DNA of 64,000 bases from Candidatus Latescibacterota bacterium (GCA_965261395.1 OZ253462.1:736001-800000), one strand, 5' to 3'; positions 48,171 to 58,245 are shown, counted from the stretch's first letter. Translations and numbers: made by a program. The notes: generated by a model not told the origin, from the letters alone.

Positions 48171-49058
48171 ATGGAAACTCGGACCCTCGGCAACACCGAC
48201 CTGACCGTCTCTCGCCTCGGTTTCGGCGGTGCCCGGATCGGCTATGAAGATATGACGCCAGACCAGGCCGATCAGTTGCTCAATGGCCTCATCGATGTCG
48301 GCGTGACCCTGATCGACACGGCGGCCTGCTATGACGACAGCGAGGAACAGATAGGCAAGTGGATCGGCAGCCGGCGGGATGAATATGTCCTCGCCTCGAA
48401 GTGTGGGCACGTGACCGGCGGCGCAACCGGCCTGCCGTGGTCTGCCGACACGATCGCTCACAGCATAGATCGCTCCCTTCAGCGTCTGAAGACGGATCGA
48501 ATCGACCTGATTCAGCTTCATAGCTGCTCGGCAGAGGTGCTAGCTGGAGGAGAAGCGGTCGAGGCCATCCTGAAGGCAAAGGAGGCGGGCAAGGTCCGGT
48601 ACATCGGCTACAGCGGCGATGGGGACGACGCACTGTACGCCATAGGAATGGGCGTTTTTAGCACCCTTCAGACCTCGTACAACGTCGTCGACCAGGACGC
48701 GCGCCGCAAAGTCCTCCCGGCGGCCCAAGCAGCTGGCATGGGGGTCATCGCCAAGCGTCCCCTGGCAAACGCATCTTTCAAGACCGTCGCATCACGGTAC
48801 GACTACGCGGACGTCTACTGGGAGCGTTCGCAGAGCATGGTGTTTCCGGAAGACGCGCCAACCCACGGCGTCGAGCTCGCGCTCCGGTTCAATCTTTCGC
48901 ACGAGTTGATCGACTCCGCCATCGTGGGCACCACCAGGATCGAAAACGCCAGGAAGAACATCGAGACAATCGGAAAGGGCAATCTTCCCGCAGAGGTCAT
49001 TGCGTCGCTGTTCGAGCAGTTCGACCGGGTGGGTGGAAGCTGGGAGCCGCGAGGCTAG
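48171..49058 (+). CDS. Aldo/keto reductase
   Basis: LGFG, IDTAACY..SE, SLQRLKTDRIDLIQLH, GKVRYIG. Confidence 0.93.
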   Translation: METRTLGNTDLTVSRLGFGGARIGYEDMTPDQADQLLNGLIDVGVTLIDTAACYDDSEEQIGKWIGSRRDEYVLASKCGHVTGGATGLPWSADTIAHSIDRSLQRLKTDRIDLIQLHSCSAEVLAGGEAVEAILKAKEAGKVRYIGYSGDGDDALYAIGMGVFSTLQTSYNVVDQDARRKVLPAAQAAGMGVIAKRPLANASFKTVASRYDYADVYWERSQSMVFPEDAPTHGVELALRFNLSHELIDSAIVGTTRIENARKNIETIGKGNLPAEVIASLFEQFDRVGGSWEPRG

Positions 49059-49168
49059 CAAGTCACCGATGCAGATCCTGCCCGACATTTATCTTCTCGT
49101 CGGCTTCGCAGTTGGCGAGGCAACGCGACAATCCGTTCTGGGGTTGGATCCGGAGGCAAAAGGAATAG

Positions 49169-51181
49169 TCAGTTCAAATACACCACGCTCAGCCCATAGA
49201 CGATCAAACTCGGCACCTTGAAATCCACTCGTCCGGCGCGCCTGTGGTGCGGCAAAACCACGGCCTCCTCTCGCTCCGGATAGAGCCATTCAACCCGCTC
49301 CACCCCTTGCCCCTCCGGCACCGCCAAGCTCACCTGCAGCGGCCCGACCGGCTGCGGCACCTCGATATCGCTGCTCTCATCCTGGCGATAGTTGACCCAG
49401 TGCAAGACCAGTGCCTCGATTCCGTCCGGTTGCCAGGCCCGCACCCGCACGAACCACGGCGCGTCCGTCTCCAGCCACGCCGCCCCGAGCAAGTCATTCA
49501 AGCCCTTGAGGAATTGCCGTCCCAACGCGTCCCGCTGGGCCACCGGATAGACCAGCACCTCCTGCTCGGGGCGCAGCGCCACTTTTTCCGGCCCCCAGGT
49601 CCGTTTGCCCAGGTACTGCACCCCTGCCGGCACCCCACTCCGCCAGTCGGCCAACAAGCCCGCGGCATGCGGCGTTCCGTCCACATCCAAATCCCCGGTC
49701 GCACCGGCGAATACCACCTTGCCGCCGCCGGCCACATAGCGCCGCAAAAAAGCACCCTCGGCCGCTGTCAGGCGCTCTATTCCGGGCAGCACCAGCGCGG
49801 CGTACCCATCGCCCTTGGCCACCAATTGGGCCTCCAAGATCATGTCGAACAACACGTGGCCATCCTCCATATAGCGCCCCAATTGCTTGAGCGGCTCCAC
49901 GCAGTCCGCCTCCTGCTCCAGCTCGGCCCGGCGCGGGTACACCAAGCCCACCTGCGACCAGGGACGGGCCGGATGGATCAATTCCTGGTGGCCGGCCAAA
50001 AAACTCTGATAGCGGCACACCGGCCCCATGTAATCGTCCAGGGCGTAATCGCTATTGGCGTCCTCGCCCCAGTGAAAGGCCAGTGCCGCGCTGTGGTTGG
50101 CTCCCGCCTCGGCGATGGACAGGCGCAAACGGCGGCCGTCGTACTTGTTGAGAACCATGGGCTTGCCCCCGCTCATGGCGTACGCATAGCGCGCTGACAA
50201 GCCCGTATCGGCCAAGTGCCCTTGGGCCACATTGCTGAAGTTCTTGTTGGCACCCTGGCTGTACCAGATATAATCCTCGCCCCGGGCCCAATCCTCATCC
50301 GGCACCAGGCAGCGCTCGTCCCAGGCCGACAGATCGTATTTGTGGTACCACTGGGCCAGTAGCAAATCCGGCTTGAGGGCGCGACCGTAGTCCACGAACA
50401 ACTCGTCGAAGAATTCCTTGCGCCGCCGGTACACCAACCGAGCCAGCAAGCGCTCGATCCGCTGGCGCAAATCCCGCGGTGCCGCAGCGCGCATGGCTAT
50501 GGGGGCGCTGTATTCGGCCGTAGCCGGCGGCCCGGCTGGATCGAGCCCGCGCTGCAGTTCGTCGTCGCTGAATTCCCGGGCCAAATGCTCCATCAAATAG
50601 TGGCGGCAATGGGCGCACTGGCAGAATTGCTCGAAATTGTGGTGCGCGTTAAAGCCGTCCATGCCCAGTTCAATGGCCTTCTTGACCATGGGCTTCAACA
50701 GAGCCAGCCAATGGGGATTGCACATACACCCGCTATAAGTCCGGTACGGCCTACCCTCTATGGGCCAGCAGCGCAGTTCCCCGCCGACTGTGTGCTGCAG
50801 GGCCACGGCCACCTCATTGCAGGGGGGCGGTCCCAATAAATTCTCTGTCCAGATCCGCGCCCAATTGCCAAACAGCCCCTTGCCCGTCTCGTGATCGCCA
50901 TAGATCCAACCCATGCTCAACTGCCCCACCACCTTGGCTCCAGCCTCCTGGACGCGCGGGATGAGATCGCCGGCCAAGGCCAGATTCTCCTCGATGCCAA
51001 TGCGGGGCATGCCCGCCCAACCGCGCTCGACCTCCGCATCGTCGGCCAGGCCGTAGAACATGGGGCCGTACGTCCCCATCTGCACCAGCTGCACCCGACC
51101 CCGCCGCACGTGCTCGACCAGATCTAGCCGCTGCGGCACCATCCAGTGCTCGGCCATCCTGTTAAACCAGAATTCCGCCAT
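49169..51181 (-). CDS. Hypothetical glycoside hydrolase-like protein with GH42 trimerisation-like C-terminal region
   Basis: CMCNPHW, DGF, CQCAHC, ALVLPG....YVAGGGKVV. Confidence 0.6.
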   Translation of the reverse strand: MAEFWFNRMAEHWMVPQRLDLVEHVRRGRVQLVQMGTYGPMFYGLADDAEVERGWAGMPRIGIEENLALAGDLIPRVQEAGAKVVGQLSMGWIYGDHETGKGLFGNWARIWTENLLGPPPCNEVAVALQHTVGGELRCWPIEGRPYRTYSGCMCNPHWLALLKPMVKKAIELGMDGFNAHHNFEQFCQCAHCRHYLMEHLAREFSDDELQRGLDPAGPPATAEYSAPIAMRAAAPRDLRQRIERLLARLVYRRRKEFFDELFVDYGRALKPDLLLAQWYHKYDLSAWDERCLVPDEDWARGEDYIWYSQGANKNFSNVAQGHLADTGLSARYAYAMSGGKPMVLNKYDGRRLRLSIAEAGANHSAALAFHWGEDANSDYALDDYMGPVCRYQSFLAGHQELIHPARPWSQVGLVYPRRAELEQEADCVEPLKQLGRYMEDGHVLFDMILEAQLVAKGDGYAALVLPGIERLTAAEGAFLRRYVAGGGKVVFAGATGDLDVDGTPHAAGLLADWRSGVPAGVQYLGKRTWGPEKVALRPEQEVLVYPVAQRDALGRQFLKGLNDLLGAAWLETDAPWFVRVRAWQPDGIEALVLHWVNYRQDESSDIEVPQPVGPLQVSLAVPEGQGVERVEWLYPEREEAVVLPHHRRAGRVDFKVPSLIVYGLSVVYLN

Positions 51182-51182
51182 T

Positions 51183-51977
51183 TTATTTCCCCTTTGCCGC
51201 GCCCGGCTCCGGCAGCTCAGCGGTAACCGGCTCGAACTGGCGCGCCACCACCCAATCGGGACGAGGATTCTCAACGTCGCCCGGCACGTTGTCGATGGCG
51301 GCGAAGGCGTAGATCAGACTGTAGCGCTGCGCGGGTGAGAAGTTGTGGTTCGAGCCGTGCACGATCCGGCAGTCGAAGAAACAGACGTCGCCAGCGTCGC
51401 CCTCAATCGGAATGATCATCGACTCATCGGTGATGTGCTCGCGCAGCGCCTCCGGCGTGATGCACCACTGCTTGTAGCTGGTGGTGATCTCGTCGCTGTA
51501 GTGGTCCAGCACGCCCCAGTGATGTGAACCCTTCACCAGCGCGATGCAGCCATTGTTGCGCGTGTTCGGACCCAACATGACCAGCGCGGAGGCCAACCGA
51601 TCGTCGACGCCGTCATAGCACCAGTAGCCGTAGTCCTGGTGCCAGAGCCACACGGTGCCCTCGAATGACTCCTTGTAGTTCATCTTGCTGTGGAAGATGT
51701 AGGCGTCGCGCCCGAAGATCTGCTTGATCGGCCCGGCGATCGGCACCGAGCGGCACAGCTCTCGGAACGGCTGCACATTGCGGTGCATGCAGAACACCGA
51801 GCGCACCGGACCGCTCTGCTCGCGCACCACGTGCACCTCCGGCGGGTTGTCGGCCTGCTCAGACATCATCTCGTCGGCCGCCGAGCGCAATCGCTCGATC
51901 TGATCCGGCGGGATCAGTCCGCGCTGTATCAGAAACCCCTGCTCGCGATAGGTCGCCAATTGTCTTTCGCTCCACAT
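51183..51977 (-). CDS. PhyH family dioxygenase (ectoine/proline hydroxylase-like)
   Basis: HSKMNYK, WHQDYGYW, GSH, HGSNHN. Confidence 0.88.
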   Translation of the reverse strand: MWSERQLATYREQGFLIQRGLIPPDQIERLRSAADEMMSEQADNPPEVHVVREQSGPVRSVFCMHRNVQPFRELCRSVPIAGPIKQIFGRDAYIFHSKMNYKESFEGTVWLWHQDYGYWCYDGVDDRLASALVMLGPNTRNNGCIALVKGSHHWGVLDHYSDEITTSYKQWCITPEALREHITDESMIIPIEGDAGDVCFFDCRIVHGSNHNFSPAQRYSLIYAFAAIDNVPGDVENPRPDWVVARQFEPVTAELPEPGAAKGK

Positions 51978-52031
51978 GGTCGTTCATCCTCCCTGTGGCT
52001 TAAAGTCAAATCAAGCGTTCAAAAGCTGGCC

Positions 52032-52289
52032 CTAACGGCTCCCGTCGGCACCGCGCAGCGCCTCGACGCGCCATGCGAACTCTTCCTCCAGATGCGAGTC
52101 GCTCCCCTCGCTCCCCCGTTCGACAAACTGAATGTAGCCATCGCCATCGACAAACCAAGTCGTGGGCCAGCCATTGATGCCGGCCTTTTGCACGTACCCG
52201 TCGTCCGTTAAGACGGTAAAATCATATTCATTCTCCGCCATGAAGCTGTCAAGCACATCGCGCGACTTGTCGTTGCTGATGGAGATCAC
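52032..52289 (-). pseudogene. TlpA/redoxin C-terminal half lacking CxxC
   Basis: VISISND, GINGWPTTWFVDGDG; out of frame with the upstream TPR gene. Confidence 0.7.
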
Positions 52290-53878
52290 TTTCGCCCTTG
52301 AAGAGCTGCCTCGGCCTCGGTCGCCATGTGCTCGAACACTTGGCCTAAGTGATAGTGAGCACGGGTGTTTCTCTGCGAAAACTCCAGTGCCCGCTCAAGC
52401 TCTTTGCGGCCTTCCTCGATACTACCTGCTTTGTAGCTAGCCCACCCGATGGCGTCGTGGACGAGGCCCAAGTAGTAATTCAGACGACCCTCTTCCCACT
52501 CTTCCTCTTCGGCTCTATCCATTATGGCTTGTATGCCGCCCCGAGCGAGTTCGGCCGCCTCCTCAGCGTATGGCGTGTGGTCGGCCATCGAGATAGGAGC
52601 TATGGAGTACACTATGTGTGGGTTTAGCTGCTCGTACCGGACATATCCGCGAATCGCATCGGCGAGTTCCTCGGCCGGAATCGGGTTCATGGCTTCAAGG
52701 GATGTGAAGAGCGTTCGGTACGCCCACCCGCGGTAGCTATCGCCGATGCTATCGTCGTAGAGGGGCTTCTCCAATAACCGATAGGCTGCGTCGCAAACGA
52801 GGCGAAGCTGGTCTTGGTACTCCTGCGAGTCCTCGCCATGCTCGCGCTCGATGCGGTCGAGCTCGGGCTGTAATCGTTGGTACTCCCGTTGGAACTTCTC
52901 TTGGTGGATCCACGACGCATGTCGACTCTCGGGAGCCAGTGCCATCAACTTCGCCTCAAACTCCGCCGCCTTCTCTTCGTCCTCTAGTACGCTCCTGTAG
53001 GTTGTGGTGAGTAGAGCGAGGCCGCGTACGGTCTCCGGGGCCGCCTTTCGGTACTCGGCGATGCTGGCCTCAATAGCAGGGCGTCTCTCCTCGGCGGGGA
53101 GCAGATCCGTCTCGTTGAGGATCTTCCAATGCCAGTAGCGCACATCGGCGGAGCCCGGCGCGAGGCGAACCGCCTCTTCGATCATAGAGAGCGCCTCCTG
53201 TGGCTTGTTGGACTGGTATAGATACTCCGCAGCGCGACGGTAGCCGCTGACGTGGTCGGGCCAACGCTCTCGCAGCGTGGCCAAGGTAGCGAGGCTTGTG
53301 TCCACATAGGCGGGATCCTCCAGCGCGTACTGTGCCCAGTACTCGAGTTCCGCGCGGGCATGGAGGACTTCGGGATGCTGGAGTGTCGCCGCATCCAGGG
53401 AGTCCAGAAACGCCAGACCCTCTTCTACGCTTTTGGAGCGAAGCGCCTGAAGGTGTGTCGCGGCAAACTCCGGCCGAGGCAGCAGCCTCCAAGCGCGCGA
53501 GCTAGACTCGGCCGCCTCAGAGTGCTTCCGATCCGCCAGAAACGCAAGTGCTTGGGCGTAGAGTCCCCACGGGTTATCCGGCTCCCGTTCCAAGATCGCG
53601 TCGGCGTGCTCTTGGATCTCTCTGAGCCCGTACAACTGTCCGTGCAACTGACGCGCGTAGAGCGCTCGCAACTCGGCGTCCTCAGGTGCGCGGCTCATCC
53701 ATTCCTGGCCGAATATGGCTCCTGCTTGGAACGTCCACAGTCGATTGTGCTCACGCAGCCTCGCTTTCGCCGCTTCCAGCTCTTGGGGCGAGTAGCGCTG
53801 CTCGGTCCCGCAGCTAGCACAGACGGCGAGAACGGCTAGAGAACCGGAGATCAAACGAATTGGAAATCGATACGACAT
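52286..53878 (-). CDS. TPR-repeat lipoprotein, probably the truncated N-terminal part of a TPR-TlpA fusion
   Basis: Signal peptide with Cys; TPR-like helices (DAIGWASYKAG, AHYHLGQVFE). Confidence 0.7.
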   Translation of the reverse strand: MSYRFPIRLISGSLAVLAVCASCGTEQRYSPQELEAAKARLREHNRLWTFQAGAIFGQEWMSRAPEDAELRALYARQLHGQLYGLREIQEHADAILEREPDNPWGLYAQALAFLADRKHSEAAESSSRAWRLLPRPEFAATHLQALRSKSVEEGLAFLDSLDAATLQHPEVLHARAELEYWAQYALEDPAYVDTSLATLATLRERWPDHVSGYRRAAEYLYQSNKPQEALSMIEEAVRLAPGSADVRYWHWKILNETDLLPAEERRPAIEASIAEYRKAAPETVRGLALLTTTYRSVLEDEEKAAEFEAKLMALAPESRHASWIHQEKFQREYQRLQPELDRIEREHGEDSQEYQDQLRLVCDAAYRLLEKPLYDDSIGDSYRGWAYRTLFTSLEAMNPIPAEELADAIRGYVRYEQLNPHIVYSIAPISMADHTPYAEEAAELARGGIQAIMDRAEEEEWEEGRLNYYLGLVHDAIGWASYKAGSIEEGRKELERALEFSQRNTRAHYHLGQVFEHMATEAEAALQGRK

Positions 53879-53928
53879 AGAGTACCTCCGTGTGCGAAAT
53901 TACCGACCCTCCCCTTTACAGACCATTT

Positions 53929-55023
53929 TCACGGTGCAGAACCCGTTTGCAAAAACGCATTTAAGGTGTCCAAGTCCATGCCCTCAATGCCCAGTTCGCT
54001 CACACTCCGCCCCGTGGCCCACCCATCAGCCCCCATCACCACGGACCCGATATCCACCAACCCGCGCATCAAAGGCGCGTCCACGCCGTATTGCGCGCCC
54101 ACATCGTGCCAAGTTGAAAGACCGTATGGAAGATCCTCGCTGAGCCAACGGCTCTCGAGCGACCCGGGAGCTTTGAGTTGCGTGAGCATTAGGCTGCCAT
54201 TAATCGTTGCCCACAAATCCCCCCGAGGGCCAAAACCCGCGCGGTAAAACGCTTCATCGGCCGCTACGAGATCGTAACCCAAAGCTGTTGCGATGGCCCT
54301 CCGCTCTGCATCCACGGCCATGATCGTCTCTGCCACCGATGGGGATACCCCTTCTTCGTAGAAATAGAACTCACCGTGCGAATATTCGATTCGTCCTGCG
54401 TTCATCAACACACCCGCAGGATGCACGACCGGATTCATCGCGGACAAACCACAGGCCATCACGGTGGGATAGGTCTGAATGCCCGGGAACAGCGACGACA
54501 GACGAGCGCGCACGCGATCTGTTTCTGTCGCTGGCAACCCCCCCAAGCCCAAGCCCGTCACGGCACCCCAAATCGTCGCGGTATCCGGTGCTGTTTTCCG
54601 ACACACATAAGGCGCGGTATCTACCTCCGCAAGCACGATGTCTGCTACTCCTTGGTCGCGCAATAGTGTCGCCCATTCCAATGTGCCCAATGTGCCCGGC
54701 ATCAGCACGACCATGTGTCCAGGTCTGAGATGGGGGGCGCAGGCAATGGCAAATGGTTTGTGGGCATACGCCGGCACGATTAACAGGATCAAGTCAGACG
54801 CATTCAGAGCCGCTTCAATATCCGTGGTCGTGCAGTGAATTTTTGCGGCCCCCACCTCTTCGACCCCCACCAAATGAATCACGCCTTGGTCGCGCACCGG
54901 ATCGAGCGTGTGCCCAAATTCTGGCAATTCGCAAAGCGTAATATCAAAACCTTTCAGGGTCAGATTTGCAGCCGTGGCAAATGCCGTATTGCCGCCGCCG
55001 AGAATGGTAATGTGTTCGGACAT
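53929..55023 (-). CDS. NAD/NADP octopine/nopaline (opine) dehydrogenase family protein
   Basis: ILGGGN, NPVVHP..LMNAGRIE, FYEEG, D.ER, RWLSEDLPYGL. Confidence 0.9.
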   Translation of the reverse strand: MSEHITILGGGNTAFATAANLTLKGFDITLCELPEFGHTLDPVRDQGVIHLVGVEEVGAAKIHCTTTDIEAALNASDLILLIVPAYAHKPFAIACAPHLRPGHMVVLMPGTLGTLEWATLLRDQGVADIVLAEVDTAPYVCRKTAPDTATIWGAVTGLGLGGLPATETDRVRARLSSLFPGIQTYPTVMACGLSAMNPVVHPAGVLMNAGRIEYSHGEFYFYEEGVSPSVAETIMAVDAERRAIATALGYDLVAADEAFYRAGFGPRGDLWATINGSLMLTQLKAPGSLESRWLSEDLPYGLSTWHDVGAQYGVDAPLMRGLVDIGSVVMGADGWATGRSVSELGIEGMDLDTLNAFLQTGSAP

Positions 55024-55138
55024 GGAAGTATCCTTTTTTCCTTTGCCTTAGACGACGTTCTCTGGCGACCGCCAGCGGGTTCCTGAGTCCATCGCCCTAC
55101 GCATTATTTCGCACAGCTTTTGGCTTGTGATCGGGTGC

Positions 55139-56581
55139 TCAATAGAGGTCGTCTTTTGTCGTAATGGAGCACCAGCGCGAGTTGAACAGTGCGCGGAGCA
55201 AAATATCCCGTGCGTCGGGCGTGTCCACTTGTTTTAACCCATAAGCGGCGTAAAATCGGTTGTAGCGATTCTCGTCCTCGAGCATCTCGCGCAATGCCTC
55301 AAGCGCAATACAACCCGCTTCGCCGGACTTGGCCAAGGTTAGCGCGGCGTTGCGGCGCACGCGGTAGTCCTCATCGCCGAGTGCTGCTGTCAAGTCAGCA
55401 ATCAGCTCATCAGAAAAAACGCCGATGGCGCTCAAAGCCTCAATCGCATTGCGGCGCACCCACCAGTGGCGATCACTCATCGCCTTTCTCAGGGCGGGTT
55501 CTGCCTCCATTGCGCTCGCGCCCAAGCGTCCCAACACATGGGCGGCGACCGCCCGCACCCACCAGTGCTCATCGGACAACATCTCCGCCAAAGCCCCTGC
55601 GGCCGGTCCGCCTATCGACGCCAATGCCAGCGCCGCACAACCGCTCGTGGGATTGGTTCCGTGGGCATTATCCGGTGTCTTGGCCTCGGTCTCTTCGATC
55701 GTGGCCAGTGCTTCCTCCCGCATGGCGGCGACGAGTTCAGGCACGGCCGGCGCGCCAAACTCGGCCAGCCCATACGCCGCATCCAACCGCTCGCCCTCCG
55801 ATCCGCGCTTCAAGACCGAGAGCAAGTCTTTCGTATTGCCATTTGGAGGCCGCTGTTTTTTTGCGGGTTTCCCGCACAACCAGTGCCAGACATCTCGTGA
55901 TAGGGCCGGATGCCGATCCTCCATGCCGGGCGACCACGCACGACTTTGATGATCCCAAGTCGGTTTCTCTGGCTCCCGTGTACGCGCAAACTGAAATTTC
56001 AGCATATACCGATCTTTGCTACTGACATTCTCTGTTGCGCGATGCCAAGAATCAAAGTGAATGAGCGCCACCGTCCCCGCAGGACCGCAAAATGCCCGCG
56101 CTTCTTCCTGCGTTTTTTCGGGATCCACATCGCTAATGGTTTTGTACATCTGCATCCCGGGCAACACCCCCGACGGCCCCATATCCTCTGTCGTGTCTTG
56201 CGGAAAGTAAAAAGCGAGCACCCAATAAAATCTCGGATGCCGCAAATTGTGATCGTACACATAACAATCCTTGTGCCATTGCTGTCCTTGTCGCCCGGGC
56301 GGATTCAAGTGGCAATGTCGATGGGGGTTCAAAATGTAATCTGGCCCCAATAAACTGGTCAGGGCGCCCTGCACATTGGGGTGCTCAAACACGCGCCCGA
56401 TCTGCGGAACCCGAGGCAAAATGTTATTTCCGGGATTGCCTTCTTCCGCAAAAACCGCCTCAATCTGATCGCGAATACCGGCGTGAAATGAGGGTGGATA
56501 ATCCGCCTGCACAGTCAGACATCCATCCACGATAAATCGCTGCACCTCTTCGTCGCTCAACAACTGAATTGAATCCGCCAT
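55139..56581 (-). CDS. PhyH dioxygenase fused to HEAT/PBS-lyase repeats
   Basis: WHKD..WHRA; repeated L.D..WWVR..A..AL. Confidence 0.88.
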   Translation of the reverse strand: MADSIQLLSDEEVQRFIVDGCLTVQADYPPSFHAGIRDQIEAVFAEEGNPGNNILPRVPQIGRVFEHPNVQGALTSLLGPDYILNPHRHCHLNPPGRQGQQWHKDCYVYDHNLRHPRFYWVLAFYFPQDTTEDMGPSGVLPGMQMYKTISDVDPEKTQEEARAFCGPAGTVALIHFDSWHRATENVSSKDRYMLKFQFARTREPEKPTWDHQSRAWSPGMEDRHPALSRDVWHWLCGKPAKKQRPPNGNTKDLLSVLKRGSEGERLDAAYGLAEFGAPAVPELVAAMREEALATIEETEAKTPDNAHGTNPTSGCAALALASIGGPAAGALAEMLSDEHWWVRAVAAHVLGRLGASAMEAEPALRKAMSDRHWWVRRNAIEALSAIGVFSDELIADLTAALGDEDYRVRRNAALTLAKSGEAGCIALEALREMLEDENRYNRFYAAYGLKQVDTPDARDILLRALFNSRWCSITTKDDLY

Positions 56582-56614
56582 AGGAAACTCCTCCGCTAAA
56601 AATTTCTACGATCA

Positions 56615-57391
56615 TCAATCGACCAGACCCCAGAGACGCTGCCGCGCCTCGGGCCAGTCCGGCCAGCCAGGGTGTAGGTGCTTCAGCGCCGCCAAGTCGC
56701 GCTTGCGCCCGCCCGGTGGGAAGTAGTTCCAGCCCATGGCGCGTCGCGGGCCAGCGGCCGTCTTCACTCCGGTGGCGTGCCAGCAAGAGGGCGTCCACAC
56801 CAGGGTCCATCTCGGATCGAGGACGACCTCGACTTCGCTATGATGATGGGCGAAGCAGTGCGCTGGCACCTCGTCGTGGGTGCCGGAGACCAGTTCAAGC
56901 TGCAGCAGTTCGGCCGCCACCTCCTCGCGGGGACGGTGCTGGCTGCCGGGTAGCACTCGCAGCGGTGCGTTGCTGGCGTCGTGGCGATCGAGGGCGGTGC
57001 GGAAGGAGACCTGCTTCACCTCCGGCCCTCCATCCACGTGCCAGTGGACCTGCCGCTGCGGTCGGCCGTCGGCGCTGACTATCTTCGAAGCGTCGCCGAG
57101 GCCGCAGGCACCCACGTGTACCTCTTCGGCGTCTAGTATCCGCCGCGCCGCCGCGACCAACTCGGGGTGCTCCACCATCTGCAGCAGCGACTCGCCAATC
57201 ATCAGGAACTGGCAGGCCAGCCGGTTGCAGCCTTCGGGGAACTCGGTGCGCTCCCACTCCGGCTCCACCTCTTGCTGCCGGATGTCGATTTGGCGTACCC
57301 CCTCTACACCGACGGGGTTGGGGATCAAGAAGAACCCATTGCGCTCGAAGTGAGCGAGCTGTTCGTCGGTGATGTGGAAGGAGCCGCCCAT
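56615..57391 (-). CDS. PhyH family dioxygenase
   Basis: FERNGF, WHVD, LPGSQH, CWHAT. Confidence 0.85.
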   Translation of the reverse strand: MGGSFHITDEQLAHFERNGFFLIPNPVGVEGVRQIDIRQQEVEPEWERTEFPEGCNRLACQFLMIGESLLQMVEHPELVAAARRILDAEEVHVGACGLGDASKIVSADGRPQRQVHWHVDGGPEVKQVSFRTALDRHDASNAPLRVLPGSQHRPREEVAAELLQLELVSGTHDEVPAHCFAHHHSEVEVVLDPRWTLVWTPSCWHATGVKTAAGPRRAMGWNYFPPGGRKRDLAALKHLHPGWPDWPEARQRLWGLVD

Positions 57392-58245
57392 CAGGCACTC
57401 CCCACGGCACTTTCTTGTTGGACGATGCTTTTGATTTTTTGGAAGGGTGCCACTTCGACCAGCTCAAGAGCCTCGGGCGAGAGGCGCGCCTTCACGCCCT
57501 CGGGCAAGGGGTTGGAAGCGGGAATGTGCTGGCTGCAATAGCGCAGGGTCAAAAAGCGGCGCTGGCGGTCTTTGGGCTGCCAAGAAAGGGCACCGTGGAC
57601 GACCAGCTCGGAAATGACGACCACATCCCCGGCCTTGGGGTTGAAATTGGCCACACCCTCGGGGACTTCGGTGGAGTTGTAGTCGTCGTTATACGTGCCA
57701 TCCTTGTAACTGCCCGGGTAGAACATTTCCGGCGGGCGAGGGAAATTGACCTTGTGCGAGCCAGGTAGGACGATGAGGCCGCCGTCGCCCGGGTGTACAT
57801 CCGTGAGGTAAAAGAAAAAGACCAAGTCATTGCAGGAAATGCGGCCGTTGTGGATTTGGTAGCGACGCCAGCCCGGCACTTCCGCCCGCAGCGAGCCCTC
57901 GTGGCCCGAGTGCAGAGGGTGGAAGGGTTTGCCGTGGAAATCGACCATCATATTGCCGCCGCCGAGCCGCGGCCGCTCGTCGAGCAATTCTTTGACGATC
58001 GGCCAAGTCTCCGGGTGCATGGTCAGGGCTTCGAGGGCCTTGTCAAAGGCAAAGGCGTGCAAATACCAATTGAAGTGCTCGCGCTCCAGATTGATCTCAA
58101 AGCCGTCGGGCACCTGATCGGGCGGGGTGTCGATATAGCGCTGAGCCGCCTCCTGGGCCTTTTGCAAGGCTGCGCCCTGGAGTACGCCTTCAAGGTGCAG
58201 ATAGCCGGTCAAATCGAAGAAGTAGCGCTGTTCGGGGGTCATCAT
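57391..58245 (-). CDS. PhyH family protein with HxG (HSG) motif
   Basis: YFFDLTGYL, PLHSG, LTDVHPGDGG..LPGSHK, VVHG. Confidence 0.88.
   Translation of the reverse strand: MMTPEQRYFFDLTGYLHLEGVLQGAALQKAQEAAQRYIDTPPDQVPDGFEINLEREHFNWYLHAFAFDKALEALTMHPETWPIVKELLDERPRLGGGNMMVDFHGKPFHPLHSGHEGSLRAEVPGWRRYQIHNGRISCNDLVFFFYLTDVHPGDGGLIVLPGSHKVNFPRPPEMFYPGSYKDGTYNDDYNSTEVPEGVANFNPKAGDVVVISELVVHGALSWQPKDRQRRFLTLRYCSQHIPASNPLPEGVKARLSPEALELVEVAPFQKIKSIVQQESAVGSA

Noticed and set aside
49069-49170. MQILPDIYLLVGF, possible metallo-beta-lactamase N-terminal stub
   Set aside because: Too short to support without a search
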